The notes beneath the pieces were generated by a model. The model was not told the origin of the DNA and searched no databases. It worked only from the letters and a program-made list of their open reading frames with translations. Shown one piece after another: positions 38,740 to 51,424 of a DNA stretch of 64,000 nucleotides. The stretch is from positions 47,182,001-47,246,000 of the forward strand of contig OX597836.1 of the NCBI GenBank assembly GCA_951406725.2, in the 5' to 3' direction. The translations under genes were made by a program, and so were the position numbers. This stretch comes from Octopus vulgaris (lineage: Eukaryota). Every line of letters begins with the position of its first letter. Within the stretch, counting starts at the first letter, position 1.

Positions 38740-40249
38740 ATTGTGAGAAATATAATTTGGTGACTTTCCTGCCACCGAAAGTCGTTCGCTGTTTTTAAAT
38801 AGTGTGTATTTTACGACTACGTTGGAAAGCTGTATTCAAGTGGAGCAGTTCAGGTTCGAATTGGAGTACCATAAGAGCTTAGAATACATGAATGCCCAGA
38901 AGATTTTTTTTGCTGTGTTTTCTTTTTTTGAACTATTATTTTCTTCTATTGTAATTTTTTTAACTGTTTGTTTTTATTTATTTCTTCTTCCCTTTTGTTT
39001 TCTTTTGAATTCTCTCTTTCCTTTTTTTGTGAACTATTGCTTTGGACATGGCAAAAAAACAATACGGATAAGATTGTTGCGTAGGAGATTGTCCAACCGA
39101 AGCAGTGGCTAAAAAATATGGAGGAGAGGACGGTGGTGGTTAGAACTTATTCTAAAGTTCTTGATTCCATCACCGTCTTCCCAAAACCAGTTATAGAAAA
39201 TGAACTGAAAGACTATTTGTCCTCTATGAAATACATATCCCGCGGTGTCTAACCTGCAACCGTATGGTTGCTGTTTGACAAGGCTCGCACAGCCCTTAGA
39301 GGGCAACGAGATTCTGTTCCTCCCGTCGTACTGCGAGAGGAAATTAATAAGAGCCTGGGTATGTGGGTTACCCCCAGGCACCGAGGCGTGTTGGATTGAA
39401 GATACCATCCGACGGGGACTGGGGACTGGGGGATAGCAGGCCCAAGCTCTTAAATGCCGACGGTCGATTGGAAGGGTCAAAAGCGATTTTGACCCTATGG
39501 ACCCCATCGGCCGCAACAGATCTGGTTTTTCCAGATTTTTTTTAATGGATGGCTTAAGGTATCCAGTGATACTTGAGGGTTACCCCCCCCCCCCACAAGT
39601 GTTACTCGTGCCTGGAGTCAGGTCATATTAAGAAGGACTACACCCGGGGCCGTAGTAAGGTCCCGGAGCAGGGAAAGCTGAAAGTACCCTCCGCTCTCCC
39701 ATTGCAGGGAGAAACGGAAGAAGTCTTTGAGGCATCGGCCTCAACGAGAAGGAGAAGAAAGGTAAACAGATGCGCAGGCTGCTGGAGAGGAGGACCCCCG
39801 GGTGTGCCGGTAGAGGCCCCGACTCCCGCGACCGTAAAATGGAAAAAGAAAAGAAAGAGAAACGGGAGACGGTCAGCGGAGGTCGTGACTCAGAAAGAGT
39901 TGTTTGAGGTCATGGTGACCTGCAATAAGAAAGAATTTGCTTTCCTCTTTCCGGACCCCGACCTGCCGATGCAGGCTTTCCTGCAGGCGGCGGGTCATTT
40001 GCTTGAGGGCTCCGATGAGGGGGATTGATTGTGTGTATACGGAATAATTTTGTAATGCACTATTAAGTCCAATAATTGTAAAAACTGTCATAAAAAAAGA
40101 ACAATGTTTTAGAGAAGCAGAGTATCGAAGGGCGTTTTCTGCCTTCTCTCATCAATATCATCCTTGTTTCATCATTCACCTCATCAATGTATATGTCCAG
40201 CCCGCAAGCTACTCTTTGTGATGCCTTTATGGCAAATTTTAATGAAATA
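38740..40249 (+). mobile_element. Second, diverged copy of the ORF1-only element (frameshifted)
   Basis: PLEGNEILFLPSY..RKLIRAWVCGLPPG, KCYSCLESGHIKK, and the same 3' UTR (aaagaacaatgttttagagaagca...gtccagcccgcaa...gcctttatggcaaat...gaaataaa). Confidence 0.8.
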
Positions 40250-40375
40250 AAGTAGCTTGCTTACGAAACACACTCCCACTGCATGGCACCTTGGGCAAGT
40301 GTCTTCTACTATAGCGTCAGGCCGACCAAAGCCTTGTGAGTGGATTTGGTAGACGGAAACTGAAAGAAGCCCGTC

Positions 40376-40424
<49 letters not shown>

Positions 40425-40650
40425 TGTGTGTGTATGTTTGTATGTCTGTGTTTGTCCCCCTAGCATTGCTTGACAACCGATGCTGGTGTGTTTACGTCTC
40501 CGTTACTTAGCGGTTCGGCGAAAGAGACCGATAGAATAAGTACTAGGCTTACAAAGAATAAGTCCTGGGGTCGATTTGCTCGACTAAAGGTGGTGCTCCA
40601 GCATGGCCACAGTCAAATGACTGAAACAAGTAAAAGAGTGAGAGTAAGAG
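40250..40650 (+). mobile_element. SINE family A body beginning at aagtagcttgc
   Basis: Resumes at the same consensus position as the copy at 38335. Confidence 0.85.
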
Positions 40651-41508
40651 CATACATAGATACATTATGTATGTGTATGTATACATATATATGTTCATGT
40701 GTATGAACAAAGAGCGAGAGAGAGATGGAGAGATGGAGAGAGAGGAGATGTCGAGATGGGGAGAGAGAGAGAGAGGGAGGGTGAATAGGAGATAATTCGC
40801 AAAAACTAATCTCAATATTTAAGTTTGTATATTTAATTAAATAATCTGTAGCCGGAGAAACGAACGTTTATCCATTGAGAAGATTAATCATTCCATCGAG
40901 TTGTCAGACAATGAAATTCAGATGCTTAATAAAAGTCACGTGAACATTTATAGCCATCAACAAACGTCTAATTGACAGAAGCAAAATCAATGGTGCTCTG
41001 TTTAATTTGAATTATGATTTTTTTTTTAGGTGGGGGAGGAGAGAAGGTTGAGAAAACATACTGAGAGGAAATAATTATTTTTAATTTATTATTCAATTTG
41101 ACTCACGTTCGTATTCCTGAGAGAATTTATGTGGGTAACCTTAGATACTCACAGCTTTCAATAACACTGGTTAACAATTTTATTTTTTGTTTGTCTTTGG
41201 TCAGTAAGTGTTATTTCCTATTTGATTCTATCTAGAAATCAAAGGAAATGACTACCATTCCCTTCAAACTTTGCTTTTCTCACCTGGACATCAATGTTTT
41301 GAAACTGACCTATTTTCCATTACATTTCAGACAGATTCAGTGCTGAGTTGCTGAAGCAGAAATATCATTATAGCAGACATTCTGCTCAGATTTGGTTGAC
41401 ATTAACCACTTGAGCATGTCCTTCGGTGGCTGATAATTTGTGGATCGTAGATCATGAGCAGAAGTAGTGAGGTGGGGAGCACCATACCCACGTGTTGAGA
41501 AGGATGCT

Positions 41509-41628
41509 TGGGCATCTTTAAAGCGTGCAAACAAACGCCGGTGTGGGACACACCAATCCATGGTTGACTCATATCTTTGTGAATTTATGTGGAGAAGGAG
41601 ATACGAGAAAGTTAATTTTATTTTATAA
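41509..41628 (+). pseudogene. Merlin (IS1016/IS1595-like) transposase C-terminal fragment
   Basis: [32 protein letters not shown], matching the W..K....GT.....SYL.EFMWR pattern. Confidence 0.7.
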
Positions 41629-41702
41629 AATCCTAGAGTGTTTTGCAAACATTCGTTCTTGAATTTTTTTAACTAATAGATGTCTGGATGTCTGTTGTAA
41701 GC

Positions 41703-42030
41703 AATGTTTTGACTGTTATTTCTAGCAACTCCTGTTGGTTTGCTCGCAGCTTTTAGATACTTTTTGCTCGCGAATGTTTTCATGTTTTCACTGTTTACTT
41801 TGTTCGTGTATATTTTAATGTTTTTGACTGTTATTTCTAGCAACTCCTGTTGGCTTACTCGCAGCTTTTAGATACTTTTTGCTCGCGAATGTTTTGATGT
41901 TTTCACTGTTTACTTTGTTCGTGTATATTTTAATGTTTTTTACTGTTATTTCTAGCAACTTCTGTTGGTTTGTTCGTAGTTTTTAAATATTTAATTTGCT
42001 CGCGAATGTTTTCATGTTTTTCAGTTTACT
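41703..42030. repeat. ~115-bp minisatellite, about 2.7 copies
   Basis: actgttatttctagcaact...gctcgcgaatgtttt repeated three times. Confidence 0.85.
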
Positions 42031-42139
42031 ACAGCTCGTTGATTGTTTTGACATGCCGATACCCCCGGATGGTGGAAGAGGCAGCAAACGCACTGTTTTT
42101 TGATTGGGTGAAAATTCTGAAATCATCAAACTTTGAATA

Positions 42140-42360
42140 CTCTCTTTTACTCTTTTACTTGTTTCAGTCATTTGACTGCGGCCATGCTGGAGCACCGCCT
42201 TTAATCGAGCAACTCGACCCTGGGACTTATTCTTTTGTAAGTCCAGTACTTATTCTATCGGTCTCTTTTGCCGAACCGCTAAGTAACGGGGACATAAACA
42301 CACCAGCATCGGTTGTCAAGCAATGCTAGGGGGACAAACACAGACACACAAACACACACA

Positions 42361-42405
<45 letters not shown>

Positions 42406-42568
42406 GACGGGCTTCTTTCAGTTTCCGTCTACCAAATTCACTCACAAGGCTTTGGTTGGCCCGAGGCTATAGCAGAAGACACTTGCCCAAGGTGCCACGC
42501 AGTGGGACTGAACCCGGAACCATGTGGTTGGTTAGCAAGCAACTTGTCACACAGCCACTCCTGCGCCT
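42140..42568 (-). mobile_element. SINE family A, full length
   Basis: Reverse complement consensus match. Confidence 0.9.
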
Positions 42569-42972
42569 GTCTAACATTTTTGCAAATTTTTTCAAGATTA
42601 AATGAATAACAAATGCGGATTCATCGTCAAAAATTACATCTATATGATACATTAAAAAAAAATTATATATAACTGTAAAGTGACGAAAACCACAAAGATT
42701 CCAGTCTAGTATTAGGGTCGACAGACCCCTCTCCAAAATCACTGGCCTTGTGTCAAAATTTATAACTATTATTATTGTTGTTGAATATATTTATTTTCTG
42801 TACGTCCTTCCAGTTTTTGCTCGTTAAATTTTAAAATACAAACATTACATTTTGGTGTTTATAAATATCTTGACATTTAGTGATGCTAGGAAAGATAATA
42901 TAAAATATATCGGCAGAAACAGAATCATATATCCTTCTTCTGTATAAACATAATCATATATCCTTCTTCTGA

Positions 42973-43203
42973 AGGTGGCGAGCTGGCAGAAACGTTAGCA
43001 CGCCGGGCGAAATGCGTAGCCGTATTTCCTCTGCCGTTACGTTCTGAGTTCAAATTCCGCCGAGGTCGACTTTGCCTTTCATCCTTTCGAGGTCGATAAA
43101 TTAAGTAGCAGTTGCACACTGGGGTCAATGTAATCGACTTAATCCGTTTGTCTATCCTTGTTTGTCCCCTCTATGTTCAGCCCCTTGTGGGTAGTAGAGA
43201 AAT
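42973..43203 (+). mobile_element. SINE family B with TSD atatatccttcttctg
   Basis: Consensus match with a direct repeat on both flanks. Confidence 0.85.
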
Positions 43204-43277
43204 ATATATCCTTCTTCTGTATATGCGCTGGAAAAAATATGTCCTGAAATAATATATAAATCACACACACAGACACA

Positions 43278-43328
<51 letters not shown>

Positions 43329-43329
<1 letters not shown>

Positions 43330-43662
43330 GGCGTGGATGTGTGGTACGAAGTTTAATTCCAGTCACATAGTTCGGGTTCAATCCCAATTCGTGACATCTT
43401 AGGCAAAGGTTTTCTACTACAACCTCCGGCCGACCAAAACCTTGTGAGTGGATTTGGTAGATAAAAATTGAATGAAGCCCATCGTATATATGTACATATA
43501 TCTTTGTGTGTCTGTTCTTGTCCCCTGCCACCACCATCACCATCACTTGACAACCGGGGTGGATTTTGTTTACATCTCTCAATAGAATAAGTACCAGGGT
43601 CGATTTGTTTGACTAAATTTCTTCAAGGCGGCGTGCCAGTATAGCCACAGACTGACACAAGT
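43329..43662 (+). mobile_element. Diverged SINE family A
   Basis: ggccgaccaaaaccttgtgagtggatttggtaga block. Confidence 0.7.
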
Positions 43663-43879
43663 AATATGTATGTATACACACACATTTACATGTTCCTCAA
43701 TGGTTATATTTGCACTTGCATGTGTAATATTACACGCACACACACACACATACACACACACATACACACACACATGGATCAAAACAGTTTGAATCATACT
43801 TATAACTCCCAATAAATGTGTTGAGTGCCCTTTCGTTTGTCCACCCATTCGTATGTTTATCAACCCTATCAAATCCCTA

Positions 43880-44325
43880 ATAGGTAGAACCTACCCTTTT
43901 AGTAGAACCCCCTGTACTGACACGAACTGTACTGTGCGTAGATTTAGCCCACAAACAAACTGTAAAGACAGAAATGTAGTCTATAGTATAAGATGTATAG
44001 AGGGACGATGTAGTAACAAGACAACAACGTACGTAGGGGAAACGGCACGGAGCATAGGAGAGCGGATAAATGTACATTGGAGGGAACTTAAGAAAGAAAA
44101 GAGCTAATCGGTTCTGTACCAGCACGCCGAGCAGGAACACGGGGGATCAATCAACAACATAGAAGTTAAAATCTTGTCCACACATAGAACAGACGCAACA
44201 CTTAGACAAATTACAGAAGCTACACACATAATAGAAGATAAACCTAGCCTGAATAGGAAACTGGAATGGAACACTAACGCACACACCCAACACACCACAA
44301 CATATGACAGAATAAGTTCCCCATA
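43880..44325 (+). pseudogene. Penelope-like element GIY-YIG endonuclease (C-terminal, Neptune-like Cys linker), one stop
   Basis: PCTDTNC...NCKDRNVVYSIRCIEGRC...YVGETARSIGERINVH...*SVLYQHAEQEH...LRQITEATHIIEDKPSLNRK. Confidence 0.85.
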
Positions 44326-44699
44326 AACCGATAAGAATATAAACAAAACATAATAAAATACACAGATAAACAAATGGAATTAAATAACTATATATATATT
44401 CAATATTTATAATTTTTAAAAAATTTAATTAAATTAAATACAAAATAATAATAAGTAGGTTTAAACACATGAACAAAATAAATAAAATCAAATTACATGA
44501 ACGTGTATAAATAGGGGATACAGATAATACAGATATTTTCCCCCACCCCCACCCACACAAACACGTACTTAATAAACATAGACACACATAGGGGTATACG
44601 CATGCGCATATAAAAACACATACAATAGGAATACAAAATACAAAATGGCTGATCGTTTGTAAGGAGAGACACACAAGTAAGAAAGAAGAAAGCAAAGGA

Positions 44700-44740
44700 C
44701 CACTGATGAGGTCACAGGAGTGTGACGAAAGAACACTGGC
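44700..44740 (+). ncRNA. Degenerate hammerhead motif in the 3' region of the Penelope-like relic
   Basis: cca CTGATGA g gtcaca-ggag-tgtgac GAAA gaacac tgg; the triplet reads CAC rather than NUH. Confidence 0.55.
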
Positions 44741-45227
44741 CGAAATAAGATTAAGATTAATGTAAAAAATAAATAACACTGAAGCAAAATAACACCAAAT
44801 ATATAGTGCGTGTGTTTTTATTGGCGCTAAACTGGCAAAATGACCATCCCTAAATACAACAATATATATATATATATGTGCGTAGCTTTCTCTTGTTGTA
44901 TGTATGTATGTATGTATGTATGTATGGATGGATGGATGGATGGATGGATGGATGGATGGATGGATGGATGTAAATGAAGGAATATATTAAAAAACGACTA
45001 AACGTGTTTTTATGTGTACATATGAATATATGCGCATGCGTATTCAAGTATCACACTTCGCCAACACATGAACAACGTATTCAAGCTATAGTGGGGAGTG
45101 GAGAGAATGTATCCTCTATTCAAATTGCAACTTTTTTCTTGTGATTCAGGTTTCATACTACTACGACCTTCAGTTCTCTCGTCTCCTCTCTCTATCTCTC
45201 TCTATCTTCTTCTATCTCTTTCTCTCT

Positions 45228-45280
<53 letters not shown>

Positions 45281-45859
45281 TCGCTCTTACTTTCTCGCTC
45301 TCTTTTTCTCTCTTTCCATGATCTTACTCACCAGAGAGCTTTCTTGTTGTTCCCTCCTTTACATTCCATAATCCTACAGTATTGCCCCTCAATCTATTTT
45401 CTCTCGTTATCATTTTGTTTCAATCATTCTTCTATTGGCAATCATTCGCTGACAGCTTTTTCCCCCAGAAGAAATCTATCTACATAAGTTCAACTTGAAA
45501 ATCAAACGCAATACCTCATACATCTGGGAACACCTTCAAGAATCATGATTAACTCCACTCTTCTTTCTTAGATGCAAACCAAATATTTGTGCGTAAAATC
45601 TTCAAGATAAAATCTATAATTTTTTTCTTATGCTCCTTGAGTTATGATCGCCGTTATATTGTTGATTTAATGGCAATGGAATGTCCGAAAAGCGAAAAGT
45701 ATTTCTCAAGATGCCTTACACTAAATATTTAGATAAAATCTACTGAGTCCAAAACTTTTCGTTAATGTTGAACATGCATTTCGATTCTCTGTGCTTCATT
45801 AAACTTAATGTATTGTGTCGAGGTGAATACATTTTCTCTTTTTTAATTTCAAAACTTCA

Positions 45860-46745
45860 AGATAACGAGCTGACAGCACACCGGGCGAAATGGTTAGCGG
45901 CAGGTCGTCTGTTTTCACGTTCTGGGTTCAAATTCCATTAATGTTGACTTTGCCTTTCATCATTTCGGGGACGCCATTTGAGCAGCGGAATCGATTGTAA
46001 TCGACTTACTCATGCCCCGAAATAGCTAGACGTTTGCTAAAGTTTGAAAACTTTATAACAACTGGCGACAAGGTGGCAAGTTGGCAGAAACGTTAGCACA
46101 CCGGGAGGGAATGCTTAGCGGCATTTCATCCGTCTTTATGTTCTGAGTTCAAATTCCGCCGAAATCGACTTTGCCTTTCATCATTTCGAGGTCGCTAATA
46201 GAACACTGGGGTCGGTGTAATCGACTAGTCCCCTCCCACCAAGTTTCAGGCCTTGTACCTTCAGTAGAAAGGATTATTACAGCTGTTGATAAGGTGGCCA
46301 GCTGCCTGAATCGTTAGCACACCGGGTTAAACGTTAAGCGGCATTTCATCCATCTGAAAGTTCCGAGTTCAGATGCATCGGAGTTGACTTTGCCTTTAGT
46401 TCCTTTCGGGGTTGATGAAATAAGTACCAGTTGAGCACTGGGGTGGATCTAATCGACTTAGCTCCTCAACCGAAATTGTTGGCGTTGTGCCAAAATTTCA
46501 CACCAATATTTCAAAACTACAAGGCGGTGAGATGGCACAGTTGTTAGCATACCGGAAAAAAATGTTTAGCGGCATTTCGTCCGGCTAAAATGCCGCTGAT
46601 TTCAAATTCTGCTGAGGTCGACTTTACCTTTCACCCTTTCGGGAGTTGATAAAATAAGTACCAGTTGAACACTGGGGTCGATGCAATCGACTTTATCACT
46701 CACCCAAAATCGATGGCCTTGTGCAAAACGTTGAAACCAATATTT
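45860..46745 (+). mobile_element. Four head-to-tail degenerate SINE B copies
   Basis: Four repeats of the agcacaccggg...gactttgccttt...tcgact block. Confidence 0.75.
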
Positions 46746-47938
46746 CAAAAACTAGTAAGGTATGATTTCAGAAGAGGATTTTTTTTTAATATGGTAATTC
46801 TACATTAGATACATCTACTCTGCAGTCGGTAAAATACCTGCTAAAACAATTCAGAACAAGCAAGCAGTTATCTAAATCATCAGTTTTTCACTTAAAACGT
46901 AATTTCTGCTGCATACGATACATAAAAGTTTGCATACGATACAGACGACGAATTTCTATTGCATAGGATTCGAAACATTGCCTAAAAAGGAACTTTATTC
47001 TGTTAATTTATTAATTCAGATTGTTGAATCGATACACACTTGAACAATAGGTGCTGGCATTTTTAACGGATGGGATGTGAGGAAACGTAATAAAACACAT
47101 CAATGAATTTGTTTTATTGGATAGCATTATCATTGTATTACCGTCACAAATTCGATTAATATTTAATTAATTTGATGGCCTCCATGATACTTGGCTGGCC
47201 ATCAAAGCAGGAAATATCTGCAGTTAAAACCGAAAAAGAACAATGTAGGGCTCATGAAGAAAGCAATCCAAAACAGACATGTAGCACACTTGCATAGAAT
47301 TAACTCGACTTCTCTTTCCGTCCATTTAGAAATGAAGAATGATGGAATTGAAACCACAGCTTCAAGTTCAAATGGACTCAAGTGATATACCGTATGTTTG
47401 GTCAGCAAATAAACATTTTGATGTTATGCAACCTTCAAAATATAAAATCTGATACTCTCTCTATGTGTAAAGATGTAACAAATTCATGCTAAAGAAAAAC
47501 AACCAACGGCCATGTTACTACTCTACAACCAACCGCATTAACCTTTGGCGACTGGCAACTTGCAGTACTAAGAGACTAACCATTAATGTCTTTATTATAT
47601 TACACCGCATACTGTCCACCATCATCTCTCACAGAGTGGTATCTCTCCGATTCAGTACAAGTAACAAGTAGACTGCTGATTACTACAGTAATCATCCTAC
47701 CCATCAACAATTCGTAGGCCTTACGTTTTAACAGACTCCGACCTTTACGACCTGACTAAAGGTGATGAATAGCGAAACGACTGCTTCCATGTTTTATGTC
47801 CCTGAATCCCATGAACAAGCTGTTCCATCCATCCCTTTTGTTTCCTCTTGCATTGACAGAGTGAGTCATTTTCTTTGAACGAGCGAAAAATTTACTACGC
47901 CCACTCTTATATCCATTTACACATACACACACTTTCTA

Positions 47939-47984
<46 letters not shown>

Positions 47985-48553
47985 ACACACTCTCTCTGTC
48001 TATCTCACACACACACAGAGCCAAACATGCGTACATACGTATATATATATTCATACATATGTATGTATGTATTTATATATGCATGCATGTATGTGTATGT
48101 ATGTATGTATGTATGTATGTATGTATGTATCTATGTTTGTATCAAAGCAAAGATGGATTAATAAGGGATTAGTAATCCACGCGAAATACTTCTTAAACTC
48201 TCTGTACATAAAACTATACCAGCCTAACCGAAAATTCTTTCTTGTGATCGGCATTGTACTTCAGCTAATCCGAAATCGAAGTACGTCACTAATCAAGTTT
48301 GTAAACCATTGGTTCCGTTACTAAGACAAGATGGTAAGTTTTTACAGAGTGACGCATAAAATAGGCAGAAATAATGGGTTATATACATTTATTTATTAAT
48401 TATAGGCTAACAGTTGTTTCAGATATACGTTTGGGTGTGTTCGTGGTTCCATCCTATCAGTCGATCCACTGAAAATATAGGAACCTCTTTCCTGGGCTAT
48501 CTTCTTCAGAGAGGAAACAAACCAAATGTCAAAGAAAAAGGAAGTGGGGTGTA

Positions 48554-48784
48554 GGCGGCGAGCTGGCAGAATGGTTAGCACACCGGGCGAAATGCGTAGC
48601 CGTATTTCGTTTGCCGTTACGTTCTGAGTTCAAATTCCGCCGAGGTCGACTTTGCCTTTCATCCTTTCGGAGTCGATAAATTAAGTACCAGTTACGCACC
48701 GGGGTCGATGTAATCGACTTAATCAGTGTGTTTGTCCTTGTTTGTCCCCTCTATGTTTAGCCCCTTGTGGGCAGTAAAGAAATA
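48554..48784 (+). mobile_element. SINE family B, full length
   Basis: Consensus match. Confidence 0.9.
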
Positions 48785-49059
48785 TATTAAAGAACTAAGT
48801 CATGTATTATAAGCCATCAACCTGAAGTTATTGTTGGTTCGTACCACGGGTTCGTAAAGAAATTTGATACTCTACCTCCCTATGGTCAGTGGCAGGTTGT
48901 TGGTGATTACTACTATAATTAGGAAAAAAAATTGTCGAGGGGAGGTATTTACAAATGTTCAAAACAAAATCAGCTGCTAGGGGGCTACTAATTATTTTAA
49001 ACCTAAGGTGTCAAAATCTGAATTTCAAAATCAAGCGTCCATCACATTGTGAAAGGCTG

Positions 49060-49355
49060 TCGTTGGAAAAGTTACGTTCCAAGAATAGTCCATGCTTTCA
49101 ATGAAGGTGATCCAGACCAAAGAGTGGAGTTTTGTGGGGGCCAAGATGTATAAGATGTATAAAAGAGACACACTTTTCAACAAAGATTACACCGACTGGG
49201 ACCCGATAATTTGCATATTACTGAGGAGCATCAAGTTAATTAATGAGGTTAATTAATGGTGTGGCTTACCATCAAAAGGATTAATTGGACAATTCTTTTT
49301 TGAGGCTATTGTAACTGGTCCCATTTACTGGAACTTGCTGCGACAATAGGTTGTG
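49060..49355 (+). pseudogene. Tc1/mariner (rosa-like) transposase relic
   Basis: [16 protein letters not shown]...[28 protein letters not shown]. Confidence 0.6.
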
Positions 49356-49357
49356 CC

Positions 49358-49818
49358 GAGCATTTTGCCCGGTGAACTAACGATTCCGCCAGCAACCCGC
49401 CTTAATAATATTTGTTATGTTGGTTTAAGATTTTAGCACAGAGCCAGTAATTTAGGGGTAAGGGGTAAGTCAATTACATCAACCCCAGTGCGCAACTGGC
49501 ACTTATTTTATCGACCCCGAAAGGGTGAAAAGCAAAGTCAACCTCGGCAGAATTTGAACTCAGAACATAAAGACAGACGAAATGCCTATTTCTTTACTAC
49601 CCACAAGGGGCTAAACACAGACGGGACAAACAAGGACAGACACACAGATTAAGTCGATTACATCGACCCCAGTGCGTAACTGGTACTTATTTAATCGACC
49701 CCGAAAGGATGAAAGGCAAAGTCAACCTCGGCGGAATTTGAGCTCAGAACGTAGCAGCAGTCGAAATACCGCTAAACACTTTGCCCAGCCTACTAACGAT
49801 TCTGCAAACTGGCCACCT
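49358..49818 (-). mobile_element. SINE B cluster (head fragment plus dimer)
   Basis: Two cgaccccgaaag...gtcaacctcggc blocks. Confidence 0.8.
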
Positions 49819-50520
49819 TCTTACGTCTTAAATATTGATCTCAAATTTTGGTACAAGACAAGGAATTGCGGGGGCGGTGTAAGTCGATAACAGTGCACGT
49901 CACCTTTGTTATATTTCTTGTATGTATATGTACATGTATGTATTTGTACACATGTGTATATCTATATGTATATATGTGTGTGTGTGCATATGCTTATAAC
50001 CTGGTATGTATATATGTGTGTGTGCGTGTGTGTATCGTGTGTGTGCGCGTGTGTGTGTGTGTATATATATAATCTGGAAATTCATAAAAAAATTTTATTA
50101 CATGTAATAAATTTTTTTCTGAATTTTCAGATTTTTCTATATGCTAGGCTACTTGTTATAAATTGATGTTAATATTCAATTTATCAGCCTCATTATTTAA
50201 ATTTCATATATATATAAAAGATTTAAACAGGCAGTTTGCGTTTATATTGTTTTGTGTGTATATGTTTATCTATACATATCTAATTGAGTACATGTGTGTG
50301 TGTGCATGTGTATGTATGTGTGTGTACGTGCATGTGTGTGTCTGTGTATGGGTGTATGTATGTGCATATATGTATATGTGTGTCTTATCTTTTTATCTTT
50401 TACTTGTTTTACTCATTAAACTACGATGGGACTTGAAGGATTTTTAGTCGAATGAATCGACCCTAGTACTTATTTTTTAAGCCTGGTACTCATTCTATCG
50501 TTTTCTTCTACAGAACCGGC

Positions 50521-50578
<58 letters not shown>

Positions 50579-50580
<2 letters not shown>

Positions 50581-50711
50581 GAAACCAGCGAAAAATTACT
50601 GGATAATTCTAGATCCTGGATTTCTGACTTTGCATTTAGGAATGTTTTGCCTCGTCAGTGAATACACACACAAGAGAAACATAAATACATATATATATGT
50701 GTGTGTGTGTT

Positions 50712-50760
<49 letters not shown>

Positions 50761-50868
50761 TTATGTTTCTTTTCTGCGTGTATTCTACTGACGAGGCAAA
50801 GCATTCCTAAATGCAAAGTCAGAATTCCGGGATCTAGAATTATCCAGAAATCTTTTACTAGTTTCATC
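50579..50868. mobile_element. Inverted pair of ~115-bp hammerhead-bearing repeats around a TA/TG microsatellite
   Basis: 50579-50695 is the approximate reverse complement of 50755-50868; hammerheads at 50607-50662 (-) and 50783-50839 (+). Confidence 0.8.
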
Positions 50869-51109
50869 TTGTCTCTTTGTTTTCTCTCCGTGTTGATATA
50901 AGGACAATTTAGGTGGTTTTAGAGTCAGATCATGGCTGCTATTTTCAGCATGGTGGTATCTCGTAGATACCCGAATTTATAATTTTAATAATTATTACCT
51001 TTGAAGGTTATTTTTTCCACGCTGACCACTTGATAAAATCTTATTTTGTTTTTAAATTAACGATCTTATCCTTATATATATAATATTTATATATATATAT
51101 ATATATATA

Positions 51110-51424
51110 TTTAGGGTAGTAAATTTTTACAAATTTCACTACCAGTGGCCTAGCATGTATAAAAAGGCAATAGACGACATATTATTCAATACAAAATAGT
51201 GTACATTTAAAACACAAAGCGAAATCATCTATAGCAGGCAATTTCTACACGCTAGGAGACAGTCAAAATGACCGAAAGCCACAAAAATTTAGGCAATGAA
51301 AAAATAAAAACTAGGTAAAACAAGGTAAAAGTTTATATTTTTTCATTCCCTTTGAAATCGCTTAAAGCTGTCTCCTTGCGTGTAGAAATTGCCTGTTATA
51401 GGTAATTTCTCTGTGTTTAAATGT
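51110..51424. mobile_element. Foldback relative of the 7752-8460 element, truncated at the tandem array
   Basis: 51203-51262 is inverted relative to 51368-51424; 51141-51215 matches the reverse complement of 8366-8443 (ctaggccactggt terminus). Confidence 0.7.
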
